Assembly: GCA_004347685.1 (NCBI GenBank)
Contig: SLTJ01000037.1
Location: 7,417 to 71,416, forward strand
DNA length: 64,000 nucleotides
DNA from: Clostridia bacterium
GTDB taxonomy: Bacteria > Bacillota > DSM-521 > Neomoorellales > SLTJ01
Reading direction: 5' to 3'
The position numbers were made by a program, and so were the translations under genes. Position 1 is the first letter of the stretch; the number at the start of each line of letters is the position of its first letter. The notes beneath the pieces are model-generated. The model saw only the letters and a program-made list of their open reading frames with translations. It did not search any database and was not told where the DNA came from. Shown one piece after another: positions 49,344 through 57,822 of this stretch.

Positions 49344-50720
49344 CTACGCGTGGATGGCCCGGCCTAGGGCCGCTTCGGCGGCTTCGGCCAGGGCCTCAGG
49401 CAGGGTGGGATGGGCGTGGATCACTTCGGCCAGTTGCGTCGCGCTCCAGCCGCCGGCCACGGCCAGGGCCGCCTCGCCGATCAGGTCGCTGGCATGGGGG
49501 CCGTGGATGTGTATACCTACCAGGCGGCCGCTCCCGGCCTCGGAGATAATCTTAACCGCGCCCTCGGCCTGGCCCATGGCCAGGGCCTTGCCGCTGGCCG
49601 TAAAGGGGAACTTGCCCACCTTCACTTCCATCCCGCGGGCGGCAGCTTCGTCCTGGGTCAGTCCTACACTGGCAATTTCGGGCTCAGTAAAAATACAGTT
49701 GGGGATTACCCGGTAGTCCATGGCCACCCTTTCCCCCAGGGCGTTGGCCGCCGCTGCCTTGCCCTGGGCGCTGGCCACGTGGGCCAGTTGCACCTTGTTG
49801 GTGATGTCGCCGATGGCGTAGACGCCGGGAAGGCTCGTCTCCAGGTACTCGTTTACCAACACTTCTCCCCTGGGGCCAAGCTGGACCCCGGCTTCGGCCA
49901 GCCCGATCCCGGCCGTGTTGAATACCCGGCCGATGGAGATGAGAGCCTTCTCCACCTTGATCTCCTGACCGCCCTCCAGTTCGGCCACCACCCAGCCGCC
50001 GTCCACCTGTATCCGAGCAATGGCGGCTTTAGTGTGGATCTCAATTCCTTGCCGCTTCAAAATGCTCTGCTGCCGGCGGGCCAGTTCCCGGTCCAAGGTG
50101 GGGAGGATATTGGGCATCATCTCCACGATGGTGACCCTGGTACCCATGGCCTGGTAAAAGGTGGCCATTTCACACCCTACCACCCCGCCGCCGATGATCA
50201 GGAGGCTCTCCGGTATCTCCTCCAACTCCAGAGCCTCGTTGCTGGTGATCACCGTCCGACCGTCATAGCCCAGGGAGGTGATCATGGCCGGCTCGCTGCC
50301 GGTGGCTAAGATGATGTTCCTGGCCTCGATGGCCTCGGTGCTACTGCCGGCCACGACGGCCAGGCGGCCCGGCCCAGCCAGAGAAGCCCGGCCGGAAATA
50401 ACCTCTACCTTGTTCTTGCGGAGCAGGGTCGCGATACCCTGACGCAACTGCTCACCCACCGCCTCTTTACGCTGGCGCAGGACTTCCGGGTTTATCCTGT
50501 AACCGTCCACCTCCACCCCGAAGGCAGCCGCCTGCTTGATCTGCTCCACCAGGGTGGCGGTAGCCAATAAGGTCTTGGTGGGGATGCAGCCCCGGTTCAG
50601 ACAGGTCCCGCCCAAGAGTCCCTGCTCCACCAGGCAGACACTGCCCCCGAGCTGGGCGGCCCGGATGGCTGCCACGTATCCCCCCGGCCCGCCACCCACA
50701 ATTGCCACGTCGAAAGCCAC
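49344..50720 (-). CDS. lpdA: Dihydrolipoyl dehydrogenase
   Basis: GGGPGGY FAD motif, redox disulfide GGTCLNRGCIPTK, NAD motif GGGVVGCE, C-terminal HAHPTLPE His-Glu dyad. Confidence 0.9.
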   Translation of the reverse strand: MAFDVAIVGGGPGGYVAAIRAAQLGGSVCLVEQGLLGGTCLNRGCIPTKTLLATATLVEQIKQAAAFGVEVDGYRINPEVLRQRKEAVGEQLRQGIATLLRKNKVEVISGRASLAGPGRLAVVAGSSTEAIEARNIILATGSEPAMITSLGYDGRTVITSNEALELEEIPESLLIIGGGVVGCEMATFYQAMGTRVTIVEMMPNILPTLDRELARRQQSILKRQGIEIHTKAAIARIQVDGGWVVAELEGGQEIKVEKALISIGRVFNTAGIGLAEAGVQLGPRGEVLVNEYLETSLPGVYAIGDITNKVQLAHVASAQGKAAAANALGERVAMDYRVIPNCIFTEPEIASVGLTQDEAAARGMEVKVGKFPFTASGKALAMGQAEGAVKIISEAGSGRLVGIHIHGPHASDLIGEAALAVAGGWSATQLAEVIHAHPTLPEALAEAAEAALGRAIHA

Positions 50721-50739
50721 TGTTTCTCCCCTTTCCTAG

Positions 50740-51477
50740 CTAATATGCATATAGGCGCCCGTAGGGCCGGCTGGAGACCGGCACCAGCTTAATGAACCTG
50801 GCCCGGCGCACGTTTTCATAGTCCAGGGCAAAATCCTGGCAGTATTCCTGTAAGTATTTGTCCAGCGCTTCCTCATCCTGCGGCTCCAGGTCGAAAACGG
50901 CCACCTCTTGGCCCAAATAAGAGGGATCCACTTCTCCCCGCAGGTAGATGACGCCGCCATGCATACCCGTGCCCAGGTAATCCCCTGTCAGCCTCTCCCC
51001 CGGCCCGCAGTCCAGCCCCAGGAGGATCGCTACCCCCCCGGCCATATACTCCCCGAAAAAGTCACCGGCCGTACCGCCGGCGATCACCACCGGCACCTGG
51101 CGGCGGTATTCCTTCATATGGATGCCCACCCGGTAGCCGACATGGCCGCGGATATGGATTTTCCCGCCCCGCATGCCGTAGCCGATCACATCCCCGGCAC
51201 TGCCGTGCACCACGATCTTGCCCTCGTTCATGGTGTTGCCGATGGCGTCCTGGCCGTCGGCGTAAACCGTGATCTCCGGGCCGTCGAGAAAAGAGCCCAG
51301 GTCGTTGCCGGGCACGCCGTGAATGGTGATCTTCACCCGGGATCTGATGCCGCTCCCCAGGTAGCGCTGGCCGTTCACCCCCACCAGCTCGATCTCCTTT
51401 TCCCCTCTGTCGGCCGCTTCCCGCAGCATCTCATTCAACCGCTTATACGGGATACCATGTGCTTCAATCCGGTACAT
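50740..51477 (-). CDS. Glutamate synthase GXGXG-domain protein (archaeal-type GltB domain 3)
   Basis: Repeated beta-helix GxxGxxxG pattern (HGSAGDVIGYGMRGGKIHIRGHVGYRVG, GTAGDFFGEYMAGG). ATG at 51477 after GGGGGAGGGG. Confidence 0.85.
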   Translation of the reverse strand: MYRIEAHGIPYKRLNEMLREAADRGEKEIELVGVNGQRYLGSGIRSRVKITIHGVPGNDLGSFLDGPEITVYADGQDAIGNTMNEGKIVVHGSAGDVIGYGMRGGKIHIRGHVGYRVGIHMKEYRRQVPVVIAGGTAGDFFGEYMAGGVAILLGLDCGPGERLTGDYLGTGMHGGVIYLRGEVDPSYLGQEVAVFDLEPQDEEALDKYLQEYCQDFALDYENVRRARFIKLVPVSSRPYGRLYAY

Positions 51478-51492
51478 ATTCCCCTCCCCCAA

Positions 51493-51610
51493 ACAAAAAA
51501 CGCCCTATCAGGCCCAACCGTGCAGTTGGACCCAACAGGACGTCTCTGCCCCAAATAACGAGGACGCCGTTGCCCTCTAACCCGATCTTGAGTTGGCAAC
51601 GGCCATTATA
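51493..51610 (-). promoter_or_regulatory. Promoter plus ANTAR-type dual-hairpin antiterminator/terminator leader of the GOGAT operon
   Basis: Extended -10 TGgTATAAT (51605-51610). P1 is GAGGGC-AACGGC-GUCCUC (51560-51577). P2 is GGGGC-AGAGAC-GUCCU (51537-51552). Both hexaloops have A1 and G4. The P2 3' arm CGUCCU pairs with AGGGCG to close a terminator followed by UUUUUU. Confidence 0.7.
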
Positions 51611-51684
51611 CCACTGCGGGCTGACAAAAGCAATTATTTTTCCCCATGTATACAGGAATAATGCGGCTGGCGGGCAAAAATTGC

Positions 51685-52272
51685 CTACCTTGGCTGCTGG
51701 AGTTCGTGGGCCAGGATGATGGCTTCAGCGATGGACTTCATGGAGGTGCACTTGTCCATGCTCTGTTTCTGGATGCGGCGGAAAGCCTCGGCCTCGCTCA
51801 GTCCCAGGGTCTCCATCAAAATGCCTTTGGCCCTCTCCACCAGCTTACGCGTTTCCAAGGTTTCCTTGAGTTTGTTGACCTCTTCCTCAAGCTGGACGAT
51901 CTTGCGGAAGTTAAGCATGGCCGACTCCACCGCCGGTATTAAATTAGCGGCCTGGACCGGGCGGGAAACAAGGGCGAAAACCCAGGACTCGCGCGCCTTC
52001 TGGATAAAATCGCTTTGCCACGAAGACGCCACCAGTAACACCGGAGCCAGGTGGTCTTCAGCAATGATCTTGGCCACTTCCAGTCCGCCCATCCCGGGCA
52101 GTTCAGCCTCGGCAATAACTATATCTGGAGAGAGGGCCCGGATTTGCCGCAGGGCCGAAGGCCCGTCCTCAGCCTCGCCGGTCACCAAGTAACCTTCCTT
52201 GGTCAGTATCTGCTTGATTCTCTTGCGCTGATTTGCATCGGCCAGAGCGATAAATATCTTTGATCGGTCCAT
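51685..52272 (-). CDS. ANTAR-domain antiterminator with a pseudo-receiver domain (RR1)
   Basis: C-terminal ANTAR RKLVERAKGILMETLGLSEAEAFRRIQKQSMDK. The receiver-like N-terminus has DIVIAEAELPGMGG where DxxxxD(I/L)xMP is expected. Confidence 0.85.
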   Translation of the reverse strand: MDRSKIFIALADANQRKRIKQILTKEGYLVTGEAEDGPSALRQIRALSPDIVIAEAELPGMGGLEVAKIIAEDHLAPVLLVASSWQSDFIQKARESWVFALVSRPVQAANLIPAVESAMLNFRKIVQLEEEVNKLKETLETRKLVERAKGILMETLGLSEAEAFRRIQKQSMDKCTSMKSIAEAIILAHELQQPR

Positions 52273-52412
52273 TGGCCACCTCAAATCGAAGTCCGGCTTG
52301 TAAAGACAACCTCACCCGGGGCGACATTCCCTTAAGCGTGGGCCGCAATTCCTTCGGCCACCTGCCCGGCCCCCGGTCCGCGAAAAGGCACACGCCCATG
52401 TGACCGCCAAGA

Positions 52413-52517
52413 GAAGAAAAAGCATCCCCAAGACAAGTACCTTGTTGTAGGGACGCCGTTGCCCACCAGACTATTATTCAGTTCCGCCGGGTATTAGCCC
52501 GAACAACTACCATGATA
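52413..52517 (-). promoter_or_regulatory. Promoter plus ANTAR-type hairpin/terminator leader ahead of RR1
   Basis: TTGTCT-17-TATCAT. Hairpin GGGC-AACGGC-GUCC at 52451-52464. Its 3' arm CGUCCC pairs with GGGAUG to form a terminator followed by CUUUUUCUU. Confidence 0.6.
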
Positions 52518-52573
52518 TCTGAGGGCCGGGAAAAAGACAATAATCGCCGCGCAAAAATATTGTATACACCCAC

Positions 52574-53905
52574 CTAGAACTTGGTCAGGTATTCCTGCAC
52601 CTCCCAGGGGTGTACCTGGGAGCGATACCGCTCCCACTCAATGCGCTTGGCCTCAATAAACCGGTCCAGGATGTGGGGACCCAGAGCTTCCTTTATCACG
52701 TTATTTGCCTCCAGGGCGGCCAGGGCCTGGCTCAGGTCCTGGGGCAGAGTGGCAATTCCCAAAGCCCGCCGTTCAGCTTCAGTCATAGCGTAGATGTTCC
52801 GGTCACAGGGCGGCGGCGGCTCGATCTTGTTCTCTATCCCGTCCATGCCAGCGGCCAGGCAGACGGCCAGGGCCAAGTACGGATTGCAAGTGGGGTCCGG
52901 AGAGCGGAATTCAATCCGGGTAGACGGCCCCTTCTTGGCTGGGATCCGGATCAGGGGGCTGCGGTTCTGGTAAGACCAGGCAATGTACACCGGGGCCTCA
53001 AAGCCGGAAACCAGCCGTTTATATGAATTTACCGTCGGGCTGGTTATGGCGGCAATGGCCGGGGCGTGGGCCAGCAGGCCGCCGATGTAATACCTGGCCA
53101 CCTGGCTCAACTGGTCCGGCGTGTCCGGGTCGTAAAAGGCGTTCACGCCATTCTGCTCCAGAGACTGGTTCAGGTGCATCCCGGAGCCGGGAACCCCGTA
53201 AATGGGTTTGGCCATGAAGGTGGCGTGCAGGCCGTGCCGCTGGGCGATGGTGCGGACGACAAACTTGAAGGTGACGATCTTATCAGCCATGTCCAGGGCG
53301 TTGGAGTATTTAAAGTCGATTTCATGCTGACCCGGGGCCACTTCGTGGTGGGAAGCTTCCACCTCGAAGTCCATGTCCTGCAGGGTAAGCACGATATCCC
53401 GGCGGGCGTTTTCCCCCAGATCCACCGGGCTGAGGTCAAAGTAGCCGCCCTGGTCGTGGGTGATCAGGGTTGGCCGCCCTTCCGCGTCGGTATGAAAGAG
53501 GAAAAACTCAGCCTCCGGGCCCACCTGCATGGTAAAACCCCTCTTCGCGGCCTGTTCCGTAACCCGGCGCAAGTTCCAGCGCGGGCAGCCGATAAAGGGC
53601 GTGCCGTCCGGCATATACACATCACAGATCATCCGGGCCACGGCCCCCTCCTGGGGTCGCCACGGAAAAATCACAAAACTAGCCGGGTCCGGCCGCAGGT
53701 ACATATCAGATTCTTCAATGCGGACAAAGCCTTCGATGGAGGAGCCATCAAACATCAACTCCCCTGTCAGGGCCTTGTCAAGCTGTTCCCGGGTAATGGC
53801 CACGTTCTTGAGGACACCAAAGATATCGGTAAATTGCAGGCGGATAAACTTGACGTTATGTTCCTTCACCAGTTCCTTGACCTCTTCGCTAGTGAAAGCC
53901 GCCAT
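52574..53905 (-). CDS. glnA: Glutamine synthetase type I (copy 2)
   Basis: 443 aa, collinear with and highly similar to copy 1 (same [19 protein letters not shown] motifs). Confidence 0.9.
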   Translation of the reverse strand: MAAFTSEEVKELVKEHNVKFIRLQFTDIFGVLKNVAITREQLDKALTGELMFDGSSIEGFVRIEESDMYLRPDPASFVIFPWRPQEGAVARMICDVYMPDGTPFIGCPRWNLRRVTEQAAKRGFTMQVGPEAEFFLFHTDAEGRPTLITHDQGGYFDLSPVDLGENARRDIVLTLQDMDFEVEASHHEVAPGQHEIDFKYSNALDMADKIVTFKFVVRTIAQRHGLHATFMAKPIYGVPGSGMHLNQSLEQNGVNAFYDPDTPDQLSQVARYYIGGLLAHAPAIAAITSPTVNSYKRLVSGFEAPVYIAWSYQNRSPLIRIPAKKGPSTRIEFRSPDPTCNPYLALAVCLAAGMDGIENKIEPPPPCDRNIYAMTEAERRALGIATLPQDLSQALAALEANNVIKEALGPHILDRFIEAKRIEWERYRSQVHPWEVQEYLTKF

Positions 53906-53983
53906 GACTTACTCCTTTCTCCCAGCTTGAAGCACTTGCCAACCCGTGAGAGTTTTTACTGCCACTAACCTGGCACAGGTGGT

Positions 53984-54060
53984 ATTATACCACAAGCAGG
54001 CCGGGTGGGGAACAAAAAGAGTCTGCCATCGGGAAAGATAATTTCCCAAGGTGGCAGACC
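53984..54060 (-). terminator. Intrinsic terminator after the GltB-like gene, followed by an extended -10 promoter for glnA-2
   Basis: Minus strand GGUCUGCCA..GGGAAA-UUAUC-UUUCCC..UGGCAGAC plus UCUUUUUG (54013-54060), then TGgTATAAT (53984-53989). Confidence 0.7.
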
Positions 54061-54172
54061 CTTCACTTGACGCTAGAGGTGACCCCAGGAGAATATTGCC
54101 AAAAGCTTTCTAGCCGGCGGTAGGCTGGAGCCCGGGTTTTTCAATAACCTCTTAGGAGCATGTTCCAGCCGC

Positions 54173-55750
54173 TTACCCCAGGATTTCCTCTACCTCTTCG
54201 GCGTCCACTTCCATGAGGTAGCGGATGCCGGTGATCTCGGCCGCTTCCCGGGTGAGGGCCGCCAGGTCGTCCCGGGTGATGAGGTCCAGGCTGAACTTGC
54301 GCGCCCCGCACATGAGCTGGCGCAGGCCCTGGGCCAGGCGCTCAAAATAGGTGTACACACCGACGGCCCCGACCGGCAGGTCAGCATACCTGTCGCCTAC
54401 CAGACCCTTTACCTCCAGGGCCAAGGCAAATACCTGCTCCAATCTCTCCCCGTATTTCTTGTATTCCGTGGGTACCTTTCCTTCGTTGACTCTCTCGCCT
54501 ACGAACCTCCCTACCATGGCCGCGGCTAAAGGGGAGCGGGACATACCGATGGCCTTGATGTGGGGGGCTCCCAGGGCCAGGCCCTTGAACATGTGGTCCT
54601 CCAGGGTAAAGCCCCCGGCCATGGCCACGGGCGGGATGTAGGCGCCCTTGGCTGCCAGGCGGTCCAGGTATTTAGTAAGCATGGCCTCGAGGTAGACGGT
54701 GGGCACGCCCCATTCGTTCATCATCCGCCAGGGGCTCATGCCCGTACCGCCACCGGCCCCGTCCACCGTGAGCAGGTCGAGTTTCGCGTCCGAAGCGAAC
54801 TTCACAGCCCGGGCCAGGTCGGCCGGCCGGTAAGCACCGGTCTTGAGGAAGATGTATTTGGCGCCGGCGCGGCGCAATTCCTCTACCCGACCGTGGAAGG
54901 ATTCCTCGCTCACCATGCCGATGCGGGAATGGCGCTCAAACTCCTTGAAGGCCCCCTCCCGGTAAGAGGCCGCTACCTGCGGGTCAGTGGGGTCCGGGAG
55001 CACGATGTAGCCGCGGCTCTTGAGCTGCAGGGCCCGCTCCAGGCTCCCCAGCTTCACCTCGCCGCCGATGTCCTTGGCCCCCTGGCCCCATTTTACCTCC
55101 ACCGCTTCCACGCCCAGCTTCTCAATGGCATACTCCTGGACTCCCAAGCGGCCATCTTCCACATTGGCCTGCACGGCAATAAAGCCGTAGCCACGATACC
55201 AGTCCTGGAAGACCTTTACGCGCCTGGCCAAGTCGGGGGAACGGACCACCCGGCCCTCCTTCAGTTCGAGATTGGGGTCCATGCCGCATACATTCTCGCC
55301 GATGGAAATGCCTACGCCGGAAATGGCAGCCCCGGCTGCCAGGTGCTCCCAGTTATTCGCAGCCACGTTGGTGGACCCCATGGCGGCAATGACCACTGGC
55401 AGGCGGAGTTTCAGGTCGCCCCCGGCTCCCAGCCGGGTCTGGAGGTTAACCGCCGGGAAAATGGCTACATCGCTGTCGGCTTCTATCCCGTGAGCACCCA
55501 CAGCAGTACCCATGATGTTAAAGTGAGAAAGATCCACCGGGTAGTCCTTCTGGGAGGCTGCCGTGACCTGGCCGAAGGGCTGGGGATAGAGGAATTCCTT
55601 GCCCCGGACGGCTGACTTGGCTATCTCGCAGTAACCTACGCAGCCGTCGAGGCAGGTAACGCACATGCCGCTATAAGGGCAAACATCTCCCTTTACCCGG
55701 TGCCTGGTAAGGGTGGCCTCGGTGGCGTTGGTTCCCAAACTAAGTGTCAT
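54173..55750 (-). CDS. Glutamate synthase-related FMN-binding protein (GltB domain-2 family) with an N-terminal Cys-rich segment
   Basis: WGQGAKDIGGEVK, DGAGGGTGMSP, N-terminal CPYSGMCVTCLDGCVGYC. ATG at 55750 after AGGAGGAGG. Confidence 0.8.
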   Translation of the reverse strand: MTLSLGTNATEATLTRHRVKGDVCPYSGMCVTCLDGCVGYCEIAKSAVRGKEFLYPQPFGQVTAASQKDYPVDLSHFNIMGTAVGAHGIEADSDVAIFPAVNLQTRLGAGGDLKLRLPVVIAAMGSTNVAANNWEHLAAGAAISGVGISIGENVCGMDPNLELKEGRVVRSPDLARRVKVFQDWYRGYGFIAVQANVEDGRLGVQEYAIEKLGVEAVEVKWGQGAKDIGGEVKLGSLERALQLKSRGYIVLPDPTDPQVAASYREGAFKEFERHSRIGMVSEESFHGRVEELRRAGAKYIFLKTGAYRPADLARAVKFASDAKLDLLTVDGAGGGTGMSPWRMMNEWGVPTVYLEAMLTKYLDRLAAKGAYIPPVAMAGGFTLEDHMFKGLALGAPHIKAIGMSRSPLAAAMVGRFVGERVNEGKVPTEYKKYGERLEQVFALALEVKGLVGDRYADLPVGAVGVYTYFERLAQGLRQLMCGARKFSLDLITRDDLAALTREAAEITGIRYLMEVDAEEVEEILG

Positions 55751-56122
55751 CTTTATCCTCCTCCTGTTTTCCTCTTCCATTTCTTAACAAGAAATAATCC
55801 CAAAAGGTATTGCCGAATTCTCGGAGGTCGGGCAAACGCGACTGCGGCAGTGCAGGCTATCTACACGGTAAACAGGCGCCGGACCGCCAGCCCCGGAAAG
55901 CCAGGCGAAGTCTTGCCGGCAGCCTCCCGGATGTGAAACTCCGTCCGGGAGCAGCCGGGACAAGACCGGTCCGGCCGTCCCGGCACGCCAGGCTGGAACA
56001 AATAACCGTCACCCCTTTCCCTAGTTTCTGCCGGAGCAACGGTCACGCGGGTCAAAAGGCATCGCTGCTTTTCGTCCCGCTGCTGGTATCGCTGCGGATA
56101 ACATGAGCATCTGCCCTAAGAC

Positions 56123-56250
56123 ACAAAAAAACTGCCTGGCGGCAGCTTTTCTGCTGATTTTAGCCGCTTGAGGACGCCGTTGCCCTCGCGCACAATATCC
56201 CATTGTTATTTGCCAAGTTCTTATTATAGCAGAACCAGGGCTGGCATCAA
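56123..56250 (-). promoter_or_regulatory. Promoter plus ANTAR-type hairpin/terminator leader ahead of the GltB-like/glnA-2 unit
   Basis: TTGATG-16-TATAAT (56250-56223). P1 is GAGGGC-AACGGC-GUCCUC (56170-56187). P2 is CAGC-AGAAAA-GCUG, overlapping the terminator GCUGCC-GCCA-GGCAG plus UUUUUUUU. Confidence 0.65.
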
Positions 56251-56391
56251 CAGGTGAACGACAAATATACTGTATACATGACCGACCACTATGGTTCCAT
56301 GACTGCGTCTGCACCCCGGCGCCAGCAGGTATCTCAAAATATTGAAAATAGCCCCGCACTTTCTCCGCGTTCCAACCTCCAACTTCCAATT

Positions 56392-56964
56392 TCACCTGGC
56401 TTCCTCGATCACCCTTTTGGCCACCAGGCGCATGGGCAGGCCATGGTCCATACTCTCTTTCCGCAGCATCTGGTAGGCCTCCCGCTCGGAAAGGCACAAC
56501 CTTTCCATGAGAATCCCCTTGGCTATCTCGGCTACCCGGCGCGTCTCCAGGGCTTCCTTCAAGTTGCGGTCTTCTTCCCACATATGGACAAAGGCACGGA
56601 ACTGGGCCACAGCCACTTCCATGGCAGCCACAAGCTGAATCTGCTCCACCGGCCGGATCAGATAGCCGTAAATGCCGGCCTGGCACGCCAACCCCAGGTC
56701 TTCGCACCCGGCTTCGTCGCTGATGAATACGGCCGGCGCGACCCACTGCTCGCTGAAGACCCGGGCCAGTTCAATGCCGTCCCGTCCGGCTAGCCTATGC
56801 CCGAGGAGGACCACATCCGGCTGCCGGCTAAATACCACCTGGCCCGCCTGGCGGCCGTTGTCGGTGGCCATGGTTACCAGGTAGCCGGCCTGAGTCACCT
56901 GGTCCTTCAAAACCCGCAAATACGCAGGATCGCCATAGGCAATCACCACCCGCCTGCCGCTCAC
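56392..56964 (-). CDS. ANTAR-domain antiterminator with a pseudo-receiver domain (RR2)
   Basis: ANTAR RRVAEIAKGILMERLCLSEREAYQMLRKESMDH. The receiver-like part has PDVVLLGHRLAGRDG (Gly at the phospho-acceptor position). GTG start at 56964 is inferred; the ORF is open to 57006. Confidence 0.8.
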   Translation of the reverse strand: MSGRRVVIAYGDPAYLRVLKDQVTQAGYLVTMATDNGRQAGQVVFSRQPDVVLLGHRLAGRDGIELARVFSEQWVAPAVFISDEAGCEDLGLACQAGIYGYLIRPVEQIQLVAAMEVAVAQFRAFVHMWEEDRNLKEALETRRVAEIAKGILMERLCLSEREAYQMLRKESMDHGLPMRLVAKRVIEEAR

Positions 56965-57017
56965 CTCTTTCCCCTCACCCCTACGGTCATTTTTTAGGGC
57001 AACCACAGGGGTTGCCC

Positions 57018-57446
57018 CTACGGCGCCGCCGGGCCAGCCCCGACGCCATGGGTAGAAACGAGGCGGGTGCTGATGCCGCCCCGGGAATTGAACTCGGCCT
57101 CTACCTGCAGGTACACGGGGTCAAGGAGTTCCACCAGATCCTGGCGCACCCGGTTGACCACGTGCTCCTGCAAAATGCCTACGTTGCGGAAGGAATGAAG
57201 ATAATACTTGAGGGACTTCAACTCCACCAGCTTTTCCCGGGGAACATACCTGATCTTGAAAGTAGCGAAATCAGGCAGACCCGTCCACGGGCAGACAGAG
57301 GTAAATTCAGGATAAATGCACTCCACCGTAGTCTCGCTGCCCGGATATTCGTAAGCCACGGTCTCAAGGATCTGCTTGTCAATGGCTTCGTAGCCCTGCA
57401 CGTCCCAGCGCCGGGCCGCGTATCTATCTTCAACCCCGACCGGCAT
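57018..57446 (-). CDS. queF: NADPH-dependent 7-cyano-7-deazaguanine (preQ0) reductase, type I
   Basis: [24 protein letters not shown]...[14 protein letters not shown], the QueF signature with the catalytic Cys. Confidence 0.85.
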   Translation of the reverse strand: MPVGVEDRYAARRWDVQGYEAIDKQILETVAYEYPGSETTVECIYPEFTSVCPWTGLPDFATFKIRYVPREKLVELKSLKYYLHSFRNVGILQEHVVNRVRQDLVELLDPVYLQVEAEFNSRGGISTRLVSTHGVGAGPAAP

Positions 57447-57502
57447 ATTTTAGGATAACCTCCTCTGCGCCTAGGCAGCAAATCTCAGCCTCCGCCAACG
57501 AT

Positions 57503-57531
57503 ATTATACCCATTTGCCTGCAGGCTGACAA
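57503..57531 (-). promoter_or_regulatory. Candidate sigma-A promoter of queF
   Basis: Minus strand TTGTCA, 17 nt, TATAAT. Confidence 0.55.
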
Positions 57532-57822
57532 CATGGTCGTCTCCACCTGCTGATGACCCCAGTTCGCCCAAAGTCGGGCCAGCCAGAATGAAGGAATGAG
57601 GGGCGATTGTGGCGCCAGTGCCAAAAAGCACCAAGGCAATATTTGCTTGGGCGCCGGGATAGAACACTTGCTGGGACGGGGTAATATAAATAACCGTAGG
57701 TTTTCGGGGCAACGGCTGTCCCGGTCAAAATTGCACCGGGCCGCTTTTTGTTTCTTGGGCGGAGACATCTTATCAAATGGATGGAGCCGACCTCTACCTT
57801 ATTTCATGGAGGGATAGCCAGC

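Noticed and set aside
53906-53983. ANTAR hairpin pair in the immediate glnA-2 leader
   Set aside because: No GGGCAAYGGCGUCC element, no hexaloop hairpins with A1/G4, and no terminator between the TGgTATAAT promoter and the glnA-2 start. glnA-2 may be reached by read-through from the upstream attenuated unit instead.
56021-56746. 241-aa minus-strand ORF
   Set aside because: It overlaps the RR2 gene out of frame and runs through the promoter/attenuator leader. The composition is Gly/Arg/Pro-rich. Only its last 29 codons (56120-56031) are noted as a possible leader peptide, with low confidence.
57447-57502. Possible preQ1 riboswitch in the queF leader
   Set aside because: The leader (..UGCUGCCUAGGCGCAGAGGAGGUUAUCCUAAAAUAUG) lacks the conserved preQ1-I P1/loop and the AAAAAACUA tail pairing. 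Only an A-rich stretch next to the SD resembles it.
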